Shown in pieces: positions 1-13,900 of a stretch of 64,000 bases of DNA. Made by a program: the position numbers and the translations under genes. The stretch spans positions 555,496 to 619,495 of the forward strand of contig JAAOMT010000776.1 in the NCBI GenBank assembly GCA_016748015.1. The letters are read 5' to 3'. The notes beneath the pieces are model-generated. The model made no database searches. It was not told the origin of the DNA and worked only from the letters and a program-made list of their open reading frames with translations. The stretch is from Geosiphon pyriformis uo1. Lineage: Eukaryota > Fungi > Glomeromycota. Numbering within the stretch: the stretch's first letter is position 1; each line of letters begins with the position of its first letter.

Positions 1-3000
1 TAAAAATATACAAATTGTTTAATAGTATCTTTAATGTTGTGAAATTGCATTTTTTGCTTTATGATTTGAATAATTTCTAGATTGAACTGTTTTTTTAAAT
101 AATTTAAACTAAGACTAACAATCAAAACACTATAGTAATTGACAAGAAATTAAGCAGTTTTTATACAGATAAGTATTTATCTATACAAAGTATTGTTTTT
201 GCTTTTTTTGTATTAGACAAAGTTTTTGATAATAGTCTTAAAATTTTTGTATAATACAAACTATTTATAGTTATTAAACAATTTATATAATTTTAAATTG
301 TATCTAGTTTTTTAATTTTAATAATATTAAAAAACTAAACTGTAAATATAATAAATTAAGTTCTTTTCTTTTACATTTATAGTTTAATTTTTTGAATTAT
401 ATTATATTTTATAAAGTTATTAAAGTTTAAAATTAGTTATTTTTATTATTAATCTTTAATTTTTAGATGCCAATCAATCAAATTTTAGCCAATCAGCAAT
501 TATTAAAGTTATATTATCATGTAATAAATTATTAAAGTATTATCATTTTCTAAAAAGCTTCCAATTAATATTAATCTAATCTTTAGATAATTACTTTTTT
601 ATAAAGATATAATATTTTTTAGTCTATGTGTCTTCTGCTAATAACACAGCACTATTAACTATGAATATTTTATTTACACTATCACCATATTTAGTTGTTA
701 TTATTGGAACAGAAACCCAGATATTAATATTGTTTACACTAAACACCAAAGGAATTGTAAAAGTATTATAAGTAATTATTAAAGAATTTGGGAATGTTAT
801 TTATGCTTTATTTGTAATCTTGCATCTTTCTTAATAAACATTGAAAACAACTAGCTTTGGTGCTGGAAGAAACAGATTTAAGGCAAGAATTGAAATAATT
901 GTGACATGATTGGCTGTTGGTTCAAGAGTAATACTATGAACAAAATATTTAGTATTAAAAAACATTGCAAAAAATCAATTACTTGTTTCAATTCCTATAC
1001 CTTAAAGCAAGAGTATAATTCAAAATTTATGAAAAAAATTAATACAATTAATTTTTTAATGAATAGACTTTGCAGTAAATTATAGATGGTTTATCTTTTT
1101 TTGTAGTATTATATACCATAATATTTGAAGCATGTATTTTAAAATGGACAATACTATTTGATGACTTGGTAAATGTCTCTGATTTGTTTTTATTTATGGT
1201 TAAAAAAGTCTGTCAAATGCTTTTGTAAACACTATAATTGTTAATTTTCATGTAATTTTTAGGTTTTTCTGTACAATAAGTTCAATATCTGTCTCATTAT
1301 TTAATGTTTGATCAATAATTTGCATTCCATTAGAGTTGGTTTTCTTTTTTATGTACTTGTTTTTATTATGTAAATGCATTAGTTTAGATAAATATAAGAT
1401 TTTTTTTGAAGATCTTGGAACAAAGTCTTTAAGATAAGTCAAAAGAACTGGATGAGATGATGTTATAGTTAATAATAATTGATTATATAACTTGATTATT
1501 AAATTAGACAAAATATATAGCTGGCTAATATTTGTATTATTCAAAACTTTGATCTTTAACTTTATTTTCCCAAATGTTTCATTCTGTATATACTAATTTC
1601 CAAAGGCATTTATTGGCTTTTGTTGTTGTATAGTGACATATGATGAAAATATAAATGAGAAAAAAATTTGTTTATTTCAAGTTTTTAATGTATTATCAAT
1701 TGGTTTTTGATTAAAAATATGCTGCATAAAAGAAACCAAGACAGATTCTGCCAAAAAACTTTTTATAATTCATGGTTTTGAATAGTGTATTATGTATATT
1801 AATATAACTTTAGGCATAAAGAGAGATATTTTTTCAATTATTAATAGTAGCAAAAAATTTCAATGTCATTATATATAAAAATTCACATACATAGACATTA
1901 TTGTCATCAAATCTTTCAAAATATCTTATAAATAAATTCTGTAGAATTAAACTTACAGTAATTACATAACAATTTCAAAACAAATATTATATCTCAAACA
2001 TAATTTTTATATACATAATATAATATTTTTCTACAATATCTTACAACATATGTTTTTTAATGACCAATGTTTTAAATACTTCTTTTTCATAAAATTTTTG
2101 GAATAAATTGTGTTTTGTTTGATGAGGGAAATAATTAAAAGCTTAAAAATTTAAAACATAAGAGTAGTATTTATGATTAAAAATTAAATTAATTAGGTCT
2201 AAAAAAAAAAGAACTTGCAAACTATTTTTGCAATCTATGAAAGATAAAAAACAATAAGCAACTTTGAAAATTTTAACCAGTATTATTTTTATTATAATAT
2301 AAATATTTACTTTGAATTTACAAATAATTTTTAATGACTATAATATTATATTTCAAAAAATTGCTTGGATCTAAGAAATATACAAAATTTTTTGTAATAA
2401 AGACTTTTAATTAAATTTAATATTTAAATAATAAATTATATCAAAGAGAAATATAATGACTAAAATATTTATTGTGTATTCAACCAAATTATAATTTAGT
2501 TTTAAAATTGGTTTCTTAGACTGTAAAAAAAATTTAATTGTTGAATATTTTAACAACTTATTAAAATGTAATATATAATAGCTTATTACAGTAATCAAAA
2601 AATTTATATTAGTTGGTATTAATTTAAGAGAATCAGATTGGAATTAAAAAATTTTTGGCTTTATTTTAATTAAAAAAACTGAAGCTGCCTCAAAACCAAT
2701 AACTTTGAATAGCTCTTTTTTGTTAGTGTTGTATATTTTTTAATGAGTTTGTTTTGATGCAAAAAATGTATAAAATATATTAGTTTAAGTAGATAAAATC
2801 CAGATTTTTTTTTAAAGATCTAATAAACTTTTTACTTGTAAGAATTTGGTATCTTTAAAAATATGTAAATTATTATTAAAATACATGACATTTTCGAAAT
2901 CAATTACAAGTTTTGATTAAATTCATAAATAGATGATATTTTTTTCGAATTTTTTGCTGATGTAATATAAAAAAAATATGTCAAATATTAAGCAACCAAT

Positions 3001-3662
3001 AGAAAAGAAATACATAATACTAATCTCAACTATATTTAAGAATCTTGGCTTTTTGATTACATCATAATATTCTGGATATTCTTTTTTAAACAGTAAATCT
3101 ATAAATAATTTGGCATATTATTGATCACTGAATATAAAAATAAGAGATTATAGCTAGATTATAATACTAAAATTGAAATCTATTTCAAATATCTTTACCT
3201 ATTATTTTTTTAATTAACAATTATATGCAATAAATTTTTTATTAACTCTGAAAAATTGGCTTTAATTTGAAAATTGGGTTTCTTTTGAATTGGTTGTTTA
3301 ATTGTTAATGTTAAACTTTTTTGCCTAAATTCTTTATTATAAGTTGAAAAAGTTTTTGTGATAACTATTTTTATTAATATTACCTGAATTTTTGGCTTTA
3401 ATGATTTTCTTAATTTCAATAGAAAATTTTTTTTGATGAATACTAAAGAAACTTTTTTTGATTGCTTTTTATCCAAAACTACAAAACAGAAATTAAAATT
3501 TAAATTGGAACCAAAAAGATTTAAAGAATAGATATATATCTGAGTTAAAAACATCATTTCTATTGTGATACAATTTTGTTATGTAACATTATACAATTTA
3601 AATCCTTTAATTTTGTCCAAGCACCAATTATACACTAGATTATTATTACATCATATAAAAAA

Positions 3663-4614
3663 ATGCCACTTTATTCTAAAGGAAAAAAAAAGTTAAAGAT
3701 CAAGTTAGAAATGCAAAAGAATCATAAAAAAACACATTATATTATTTTAATAAATAATCATAATATTAAAATAAACAAATTTAATAAACTAAATATTAGT
3801 AAAAGAAAGTGTGATAATAATAATAACAGTAGATAAAGTAATATAAAAGATATAAAAGCCACAATTAAAATAAATACAAAATTAAAAAAATTCAGTTTAG
3901 TATAGAAAAATGACAATTATTTAAAAAAAAACAAGGCTCTTACATAACAAAAAAATACCAAAGTCAATTTATTACAATAAATTTAGACCAAATAGTTTAT
4001 TCACCAAAGCAGCAACCAGAACTAAAAAAAATTACCACTTTTTTTAATATTAATAATGCTTAAACTACAAATTTACAATGACTTGAATCTAATGAATTTT
4101 TAAACAATTCAAAAAGTAAGATTGATATGTTAATCAAATAAAAAAAGGGCAAGAGTTAAAAGAACATTTAGAAAAACAACATACTCAATTAATTGTCTTT
4201 AAATATAATCAAAAAAGAGCTATTTTTTAATATTTTACCTTGTTAAATAATAATAATAGATGTGAAAAAATTAATGCCAATTTGAAAATTGCCCAGAAGG
4301 TTTTTATTGATAATAATATATAGAAAACACAAAGAATTTGATATTTTGCAAAGTATTGGTTGCTTAATAATAAGCTTCTAATATTAAAACATAAAAAATA
4401 CCAAAAAACAATTAAAATAATTAATAATGAAGACATTACAAAAAGATATTATATTTAGATTAAAAACCAAAACTTTAATGCCACTTTAGCCACATTTAAA
4501 AAATTCATTGAGCATGAATTATTTCTTAATATTGGAATAATGAAAAAAAAAACTATTAGTTTTATAACTGCAGTAAGATGGTTCAAAATTCTTTGTTATT
4601 CATTTCAACAATAT
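3663..4614 (+). pseudogene. IS630/Tc1-mariner-like DDE transposase, degenerate N-terminal part (interrupted by gypsy G1)
   Basis: Manual translation gives eroded motifs PKSIYYNKFRPNSLFTKAATRTKKITTFF, KHKKYQKTIKIINNED and FKKFIEHELF...TAVRWF. The frame resumes at 12331, after the G1 TSD. Confidence 0.65.
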
Positions 4615-5299
4615 TGTTATGGGTTGGAGTAACAAGCTAATCATTACCAAGGGAAAACAGGATTGTAATAAAAATAATCAAAGAGAATTCAACTTCAAAG
4701 AGCAAATTGAATGAGTATAGATTCAATGTGTGAGATCAGTCTCATAAAATATTTCAGTCACTATACTTTTCAAAGATAACTGGGGAATCTGAAGGTAGAA
4801 AGATAGTCCATACTGTCAACAAATGATCACACCTGGTATAATTCTATGCCTTATGTTAGCACTCTTAGAATTCAATATCAGGTATCAGATGTATTCTTCA
4901 GTCACATTTTATTTAATAATCTTCAAATATTACAATTAGACATTTCAGGAAAAGGGTAAGAAATAACCAACAAGTGATTTTTTATCCCAAGATGTTCAGA
5001 TACTTGAAGGTAAAAAAAAGGAAATTAGTGATAAGAGAATGATTAAGATGAAAGTTGTTATTTTATTTATTTATTTCTTTTGATTCTTACATGCTTTTCT
5101 ACAGCTAAGAGATTCATTACTTATATAGCTATTAAAAGTAGTTAATGATTAGATTAATAATCAGGTCAATTATCAGATTAATAATCAGATCATTGATCAG
5201 ATCAATAATCACTTTTTAAAAATAGAGTGGCTAATTTATATAACATTAGTGGCTAATACATGTAATAATTAATAAGAAGTATAAGTTTCAACCATAATA
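4615..5299 (-). repeat. G1 3' LTR (685 bp)
   Basis: TGTTATGG...CCATAATA; aligns with 11625-12326. The PPT (GGAGAGGATGA on the minus strand) abuts it at 5300-5310. Confidence 0.93.
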
Positions 5300-5925
5300 T
5301 CATCCTCTCCAAAGAAATTGAGCTTTGGCGAAATCAAGCTATTTATAGTGTAATCTATTTGAAGAGTTTTATCTAACTCAAAGCTAACTAGTTTGTTGAA
5401 GTCTTTTGTGGATAAGGTATATAATACTTGAGACAAAATGAGTTTTGTATTCAAGAAACCAAATCTTTGTATTAAAGTTTTGGCTCTTCTAGCAATAGTT
5501 AAAACTCTTGAGATATCTAACCATATAATGCCCAAAATTTCTGTCTGTATCTCTAAAGTTGTTTTCTTTATGAGTTTCATATCCTCCATAATTTTACCAA
5601 GATGACTATAGAGTTCTAATTGCCTTTTATATGACAAGTTTTTGTCTATGGGTAAGATTTCTTGAAGTGTTTTTTCAATTGTGTTGAAAAGTGGGAGTAT
5701 AACTGCTGTTATATTTTCCAACAGATATTTATCCATTTTATTACCAATTTTTTCTCTTCTGATAGTAGTTTTCTTTGGTCTAATAACAGTATGTGTTCTA
5801 CTGTTATCAGTTATAATAGTTTGTTTTCCAATAGTCAAAGTAGCATTTGAATAGTTTTTGATCCAATACTTATAGAGAGTATAGAAAGCATTTTGAATGT
5901 TTTGATCCAAAAAATAATTGTTCAT
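5269..5925 (-). CDS. G1 accessory ORF3 (218 aa, unknown function), uninterrupted, reads through the PPT into the 3' LTR
   Basis: ORF track 5269-6021; first ATG at 5925 (MNNYFLDQNIQNAF...). Homologous to ORF3 of G2, G3 and G4. Confidence 0.7.
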   Translation of the reverse strand: MNNYFLDQNIQNAFYTLYKYWIKNYSNATLTIGKQTIITDNSRTHTVIRPKKTTIRREKIGNKMDKYLLENITAVILPLFNTIEKTLQEILPIDKNLSYKRQLELYSHLGKIMEDMKLIKKTTLEIQTEILGIIWLDISRVLTIARRAKTLIQRFGFLNTKLILSQVLYTLSTKDFNKLVSFELDKTLQIDYTINSLISPKLNFFGEDDIMVETYTSY

Positions 5926-5990
5926 GTCAATTGAAAATACTTCTGTTTTAGAAATAGTGCATTTATTTATACTTGATTTTTGCTGATTAT

Positions 5991-8900
5991 TTAAGTTGGT
6001 ATTACTACAATAGGCAACCAATTAGGTCATTTATAATATTTTTTGAGTCGTGTACCATGAACAGGATGATCATTGAAAATTGTTCCAGATTGATCTTAAA
6101 GAATATAAAAATTATTGTTTAAAACTTTGTTGACTATAAAAAGTCTTTTTCACTGGCTAGAAAATTTATTACCATAGACATTGTCTCTGTCTGAATGGTA
6201 TTCTAGTACCAAGTCACCAACACTTAAAGAAAGTGTTTTATAGGTTTTTTTTCTTTTAAGCTTTTCTTAGAACTGTTTTATTTTTTCAAAAGCAATTATT
6301 CATGTTTCTACCAAAGAGTCAAGAATGGTACCAAGTCTTCTTTGCAAAATATCTTTGTAATTTCTTATTGTAATTTTTTTAAAAGGTATTGTTTCAATGT
6401 CAGTTTCTATTGGTAATGTTGCCATGCATTCATAGAGCAGATAGAAAAGTTCATAACTTGTTATGTCATGATTTACAGTTCTATAAGCAAATAAAGCTGA
6501 AGGCAGTACTTTGTCCCATAAGTTTGTTTCTTTGGTTTTGGCTAAGGTTTTATATAATGTTCTATTGAAACATTCTATTAGGCCATTTGTTTAGAGGTGG
6601 TAAGGAAAGGAAAGTTTATGATGTATTTCCATTTTCTTACAAAGTTCTTCAACCAGTGTACCGAGAAAAGCTCTTTTTCTATCAGATAAAAGTTCTTTGG
6701 GGCAGCCATAATGGCAAATAATATCTTCATAAATGAAATTGGCTATTGAGACTGCTGTTTAGTCTGGGATGACTTTTGTTTCTACCCACTTTGTAAGATA
6801 GTCAGTAGCTGTAATAATATATCTATTGCCATCAGGAGTTATTGTTAAAGGTTCAACAACATTTATACCAATTCTGTCAAATAGTTGACCAACAGAGATT
6901 GGATGGATATCTTCTTTGCAATTGGGTTTGTTTCTTCTCTGGCAGATGTTACAGGTTTTAATGTATTCAGGAATGTTTTTTCCCAAAATAGACTAATAAT
7001 AGTGAGCTAAAGTTTTCTGAATTGTTTTTGTTTTACCAAAGTGTCCAGTTAATAGATCAGTATACATATTGTATATTACAATTTCTCTTTCTTCAAATCT
7101 GATGACTCTTTGGGAGTGGTTAGGATTTTTTCTGTTTCTTTTATATAATTGGTTCTGGCAGATCAAATAGAAATTTGATTGTTTGCACAAATGTTCTCTT
7201 TGCTGTCGAGTGTATTCTGGTGGGTATTGTTCTTTACCCAAAAATTTCATTAAGGCAAAGTAGTTGTCCAAGTTCATTATAATGTTTGTTTGTAAAGAAG
7301 TTACTAATAATTAAGTTGGTTTGGTTTGAGAGATTGTACTATTACTGGATGGTAAGTCTAAAAAGAGCATTGGCATTTTGATGATTTGTTCCTTTGTAGT
7401 GTTGAATATCATAGTCGAATTCATTCAAGTGGAGTATCCAACAAGTTATTTGTTTGTGTTTTAGCTTCTTTTTATTGTGCAGCCAAACCAAGACTTGATG
7501 ATCTGTTACCACTAAGAATTTTGCACCAAGAAGATATTGATCCCAGTAGTTAGTAGCCCAAACTACTGCTAGACATTCTTGTTCAGTAACTAAATAGTTT
7601 TTTTCTGCTGGTATAAGGGATCTACTGGCATATGCTATGGCATGTTTTCTGCCATTTTCATCTTTCTGTGAAAGAATAGCACCAAGTCTATAGCCAGATG
7701 CATTAGTGTAAAGGATAAAAGGTTGGTTCAGATCAGATTGTTTGAGAATTGGTTTAGTAATAAGTTTTTCCTTTAGAATTTCAAAAGCTTTTTGTTAATA
7801 AGTGCCTCAGTGATAATTGATATTTTTCTTAAGTAGCTGATTGAGAGAAAAGGCAATTTTGGAGAAATCCTTGATAAATTTGTGATAGTAAAAGGCCAAA
7901 CCAAGGAAAGAGCATAGTTCAAGAACATTTATTGGTTGTCTAATGTTCTGAACTTTTTTGACTTTAGCTGGGTCAAAAAAAATTTTATCTTTTGTAATAA
8001 GATGTCCAAAGAACTGGGTAGATTGGCATCCAAAAAAGATTTGATTGGGTTGATCTTAAGGCCAGCATTTCTAAGCAGATCAAAAACCTTCTGTAAATGT
8101 TCAAGGCGTCCATCCCAGATTTTTGAATATATCATTATGTTGTCAGATAAACCAGAACAAAGTTTTCTTTTACTGATTTAAACACCTTATCCATTAGGCA
8201 TTGAAAGGTGGAAGGAGCATTGGTAAGACCAAAAGACATGACTGTGAATTTATAAGTGCCATACTTGGTAATAAAAGAAGTTTTCTTTCTGCTTTCTGGA
8301 TCCATCTCTACTTGCCAGAATCCAACAGTTAAGTTAATGGTTGAAAAGAAAGCAGCACCATTGAATTTATCTAGCATTGCATCAATTTTGGAGAGTGAGT
8401 ACATGTTTCTTATAGTGATAGCATTTAGTTGGTGGTAGTCAACACAGAAGCATAGAGTTCCACTTTTCTTGAATATCACTACAACTGGAAAAGCCCATTT
8501 ACTCTTGGTTTCTTGTATGAAACCAAGATTTTTCATCCAGTTTATTTCTTTCTTGATAAACTTATTATTGTGTCGATTGGATTGATAAGGCTTCAAATAG
8601 ATAAGATGAGTTTTTTTTGTGGTGATAATATGTTGTATTATATGAGTTCATCCAGGAGTATTACTTTCTTTTGAGATAACTGGGCTATTTTTGGCCAACA
8701 GATTTTCAATATTCACTTTTTTTTCTTCAAGAGAAGGTTTTCTTTGTTCTATAACTAGTGATTGAATTTCAGGTGGTTTATTCTCAAAGGACTTTTGTAC
8801 TTTTTTAAGTTCTTTTCGAGATATCAAGCTAATTGGTTCCCAATCTTTGTAATAGATCAGGCAAAATTTGCATTTATTACTTGGTAAATACAAAGGTTTA

Positions 8901-9560
8901 TTACACCAGCACCATGCATAAAGACCATGTTACCAATAACTGTATTTGGCTTTTTTGCCAGGTTTTCTGTCAAAGATTCTTCTGAGGATATTATAGTAGG
9001 GCCAGCAGATCAGCTTGCTGTTTACCATGATTTCTTATTTGTCAGCTTTAACATTGTCTAGTGGCTTGCCATTGCTGATGAAAATGGTATAAGTGAGTTC
9101 AGCAGTTTCTTCTGGTTCTTTTTGATCTTCATCATTACTCTTATCATCATCAGATTCATCTGATTGTTCTTTTTCTTGGTTCTGTTTGGTTGCTGAAAAA
9201 GTTGTTCAATGATGGCATTTAACTATAATGGGTTTTTCACCACATCTGATGGTTAGCTTACAAAGTTCATAATTAAGTAGTGCTTTGGCTTTCTTAAGCC
9301 ACTTATTACCAACAATGATGATATACTCTTTTGCTTTAGATACTTCTATATTTGTTTCAATGCTAATACCATTGATGCAAACAGGAACAGCTTTAGCTAT
9401 ACCAAGATCTTTTTTTTTGTTACCATATACATTGGTCATAGGCTGGGTAGAAGATTCATCAATTTTTTTTCCAATGGCTTCCAAAAAGTGTTTGGCAATT
9501 ACACTGACAGATGATCCACTGTCTAGGATTAAATCAATGAAGTAACCAGCCACTTGGGTT
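5991..9560 (-). pseudogene. G1 pol: aspartic protease, Cys motif, RT, RNase H, integrase
   Basis: PR: ILDSGSSVSVI. RT: CVDYHQLN and FGLTNAPSTFQ. RH: YTNASGYRLGAILSQ. IN: GHFG...CNICQR and DYLTKWVE. Many stops. Confidence 0.92.
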
Positions 9561-9599
9561 ATACAAATCAGAGGAGTGACATTGCTGTTGTCAGCAAGT

Positions 9600-11554
9600 T
9601 CAGCTTAACGAAAGCACTTGTTGGTTTTTGGTGTCTTTTTCTTTGGTATTAAAGATTTGTGAAAATTTTTTTTGAACTGTGGATGAGTCATTAATTGGCC
9701 AAATGTAATGTGTGCTGGGGTTTCCATGAGATCTTTAACAACAGAATAAGGGCCAGATTTTTGTACTATTTCTGGAGGTTTTAACTTTGAAGAATTTTTA
9801 AAAACTTTAGTCTTTGGTGGCTCATTGTTGTTAGCAGCAAAAGTTGAGGCTTTGTTGGGATTTAGAACAAAATCAACCTTGGCTTTCTTTTTCTTTCTTG
9901 TTAAGTCAGAAATGTTAATTGCCAGTTTATCTATATTATGATCATTATCAATTAGATTAAAAGCATAAAAAAGGTTTTCTTCTGGTTGGCTTGCACTCTT
10001 ACCCTTTAAAGATGTACCTATTAGTTTAAAAACTAATAAACAGTGGCTTTAACTAGAGGATTCTCTTCAAAGAAATTGATGTTGGCATGATTGGGTCTTT
10101 GATTGGGAACATTATTATTGTTGGGTCTGTTATTCTGGGTGTTATTATTTCTAGGAGCTGGAGAGAGCAATGAAAGATTGTTGCAGTCTCTGGAAAAGTA
10201 TCCAGTTAGTCTACAGTGATAGCACACAGGTGGGCCACAATTTTGTTGTCTTTAATATGGTGGTTGGTTAAAACTGATTGAAGCAGAGTTCAAATTTGGG
10301 TCTTTGGAGTTGCTGGTTGTCTCTAACTGCTTGGGCTAATAGTTTTAATAGCCAAGCAAAGTTAGCAGTAAGTCTGTCTATTAATTGTTTATTGGGGTCT
10401 TGAGTATAAGTGGCAAAAGAGGTAGCAGCCATTTGTAAAGCTAGAGCCATAGTAAGAGCAGAAGCAAAAACTGAAAGAGTAAATCCTAGGTGCATTCTTT
10501 AGTTGTTTTCTATTCTCTGGACAAGTTTAATGGCCATATCTATTGTGGAATTATTTTTCAGGATCAGGAGAGGCCAAAGAGCATATGAGAGATCAGTTCT
10601 CAATTTTTTTGTAAAGGAATAAATCTTTTGTTTTTCTGTTCAATTTCTATCAGAGTTTATATGCTTAATTAGTTTTCTAATGGCTTTAGTGTATTCAGTT
10701 ACTATTTCTCCTGGACCTTAGGTTCTTCTTTTCAACTTTATGTGCCATTTAGATATCAAGATAGGAGTTCTAAATTTTGTTTCAAACTGGGTAGTAAAAG
10801 AGGTATTATCTTCTCCAGCATTTGCTGGTGTTTATTTAATGATTTTTTGCTAAGCATTAGTATTGGTTTTTTGTGAGAACCAAGTAGCAGGAGAGCCTTG
10901 GAGGTAGCCACCAATGATTTAAAACTTGTATTTATTATTATATTGGTTTGCTGTGGCAGCTCTCTCAAAATCATCCAGTCATTCAATTGGATCTTAGGTA
11001 TCACTTCTGAATAATGGTAATGGGGTGTTGTTTTTTCACCCTAAAGCAGTTTGTATACTTTGGAGGGTGATCAAAATGTTTTGTTGCAGAGGGTTTTGAG
11101 CCATTGGTTTAGGTGTAACTGTTTGTGTAGAGTGTTCTGATTTACTTGAAAAGAGATCAAAAATGGGAGTGGTTTGATAGCTTTCTTCTTCTGTTTCAAG
11201 AGAAGTTTCAGTTGATTGATGGGCAGCAATCCAAATGTGGATTTGATGATTCAGATATTCGAAATCAGGAGACTGTTGTTCAAAAGTTGTGAAGTATAAA
11301 AGCTGATTGATACTGTTGTTTCTTTCTTCAAAATTATCTTCAAAATAAGTTTGGTCAAAGTAATAGGTTGTATAAGCTGTGTAAATTTTAGCTAAATGCT
11401 TATTCAGGAACCAGTTCCAAAAGTCTTGAAATTGTCTGCTGGATTGTTTTTCAATGGAGAAGCAAATCAAGCAGAAGGGCAAAGGATTGAGTTCAATAAA
11501 GTTTATATTGTTTTTGTTGTGTGCTTCAAAATGTTCTTCTAATTGTTGTGACAA
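9600..11554 (-). pseudogene. G1 gag with zinc knuckle
   Basis: CYHCRLTGYFSRDC (eroded CCHC) at about 10183-10224; position between the PBS and PR. Confidence 0.8.
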
Positions 11555-11600
11555 GTATAAATAATCACTTATACAATAAGAAACAGAGTGGATTTTGACA

Positions 11601-11618
11601 ACCTCACAGGGAGCACCA
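11601..11618 (-). promoter_or_regulatory. G1 primer binding site TGGTGCTCCCTGTGAGGT
   Basis: Starts with TGG, 6 nt from the LTR. Complementary to a tRNA 3' end CCUCACAGGGAGCACCA (elongator Met- or Ile(UAU)-like). Confidence 0.8.
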
Positions 11619-11624
11619 CTTTTA

Positions 11625-12326
11625 TGTTATAAGTTAAAGTAACAAGCTAACGGATAGCAAAGGAGAACAGGATTGTAGGATGATGAAAATAATCAAAGGA
11701 AATTCAACTTCAAAGAGCGAATTGAATAAGTATAGATTTAATATGTGAGATCAGTCTCATAAAATATCTCAGTCACTATACTTTTTAAAGATAACTGGAG
11801 AATTTGAATGTAGAAAAATAGTCTGTACTGTCAACAAATGATCACACCTGATATAATTCTATGTCTCACATTGATGTTCTTAGAATTCAATATCAGATAT
11901 CAGATGTACTCTTCAGTCACGTTTTATTTAATAATCTTCAAATGCTACAATTACACATTTTAGGAAAAGGATAAGAAATAACCAACAAGTGATCTTTTAT
12001 CTCAAGATGTTCAAATACTTGAAGGTAGGAAAAAGGAAATTAGCAATAAGAGAATGATTAAGATGAAAGTTGTTATTTTATTTATTTATTTTTTTTGATT
12101 CTTACATGCTTTTCTACAGTTAAGAGATTCATTGCTTATATAGCTATCAAAAGTGGTCAATGATCAGATCAATAATCAGGTCAATAATTAGGTCAATAAT
12201 TAGATTAATAATTAGGTCATTGATTAGGTCAATGATTACTTTCTAAAAATAAAATGGCTAATTTATATGACATCAGTGGCTAATACATGTGATAATTAAT
12301 AAGAAGTATAAGTTTCAACCATAACA
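11625..12326 (-). repeat. G1 5' LTR (702 bp)
   Basis: TGTTAT...CCATAACA. It has one more 13-bp array unit than the 3' LTR. Confidence 0.93.
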
Positions 12327-12330
12327 ATAT

Positions 12331-13495
12331 CATTAAGACTTATATTATGATAAACATAAAAAAAATAACATTTTGCAATTTCGAAAAAAAATTTTAGAAA
12401 AAATATATGAGCATAAAAAGTATATGTTAAAGTGTAAAAATAAATTTATAGATTAAATACATTTTAACTTACATAATAGAGAGAAAAAAAGTTTTTGTGG
12501 TCTATAATGAATGTATTTTTTATTCAAATAATAACAAACATAGCATATGAATTGAGTATAGAAATTTGCCGCTAAGAAAAAAAAGAAATAAAAAATCCAT
12601 TATAATCAGTAAATTTTTAACTGAATTAATAGATGTTTATGTTTACAACAAAATAATATAGAAAACTATTTTAATATATCAAAAGAGACATAATGCTATT
12701 TGCAACTTGGTATAAATCAAGATGATTATTAAACAGCAAACTATCTTCTTAAACAAATTAAATATAAAACAATTCCAATTTTTAAGAAATTATATCCAAA
12801 TTGTACAATTGTATTTGTTTTTAATAATAACTCTAATTATGTAGTATTTAGTAATAATACTTTAATTATAAGCAAAATGAATTTAAGTCTAGGTGGAAAG
12901 CAATTATTAATATAAGATATTTCTTTTGAATTAGATAATTAATTACAATTGATGATTTTTCCAAAAATATATTCAAATAAAAAACTTCAAAAATTGCCTA
13001 AAAAAATTAAACAAGTATTAATAGAACAAGAAAAATAGCTATCAAAAAGATTAGTATTAAAATGCCAAAAATACAAAAAAAAATCAAAGATTCTTCAAGA
13101 GTTTTTTATTGTGTACATTGAGTAATATTTTTGGAATCTGATTTTTTTGCTCAAAAAAATGCAATTAAAAATTAATTAAAAATATGGAACATAAATGCAT
13201 TTTTTTCCAAAATTTTATTGTGAATTAAATTTTATTAAAAAATATTGGAGAATTGCTAAAAGATATACACATAACAAATATAATTATTCATTGAAAAAAT
13301 TACAAATAATAGTGTTTAAAAGTCTTGAATCAATATTTTTAATAACTATTAGATAATTTTTAAGAAAATATTGGTGTTATAAGAATTTTTATAAAAAAAA
13401 GCTTTGTAAAAAATTAGTAGAATATGTTATAAAAAAATATAAATCTCATAAAAAAATTCCAGATAATATTTTTGAAAAATTAGACAAATTAAATA
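12331..13495 (+). pseudogene. IS630/Tc1-mariner-like DDE transposase, degenerate catalytic part
   Basis: Eroded motifs YYDKHK (typically YxDGHER), NECIFYSN (HDES), IPIFK...FVFNNNSN (FDNSxxH), MNLSLGGKQ, FFPKFYCELNFIKKYWRIAKRY and KKYKSHKKIP. Many stops and frameshifts. Confidence 0.75.
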
Positions 13496-13900
13496 ATATT
13501 CAAACTTTGTAATATTGTATTTGGTTTTATATTATTTAAAATTTCAAACTGATCTACATTTTTGATGATTATAAATGATTTACACTATAAGAGGTTTAAA
13601 GAGTTGTATCTAATGACTTCTGTTAATGTCTTCCAATTTTAAATTTCTTTAGCCATTCCATTTTGTATGTTTGCTTTAGTCATATTATACAGTTATTCAA
13701 TATTGTGTAAATAATAATATATGTAATTTAGAGCTCTATTATAAGTAATATAAAAAAAAATCTTTTTTCTTACCTAGTTGGTAATAAAAACAGTGTATTA
13801 AAAAATAAGATCACATGTGGTTCTTTTAAATTGCATATTAATCTAATTATATTTATTAGATAATATTTTTTTACATACAATACAAGGAGTTGTATTTTAT

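Larger units (their letters stand above)
4615..12326 (-). mobile_element. Ty3/gypsy LTR retrotransposon G1 (full length, degenerate, no dUTPase)
   Basis: Paired LTRs, TSD ATAT (4611-4614 and 12327-12330), PBS, PPT, and the order gag-PR-RT-RH-IN on the minus strand. Confidence 0.95.

Noticed and set aside
6027-6030. Apparent ATGA overlap between the G1 integrase stop and ORF3
   Set aside because: The TGA is probably a decayed CGA. Readthrough gives RPNWLPIVVIPT*, matching the EPIIII integrase terminus of G2-G4, so ORF3 more likely starts at 5925.
13570-13610. Possible right TIR of the IS630/Tc1-like element
   Set aside because: No convincing matching left end was found upstream of 3663.
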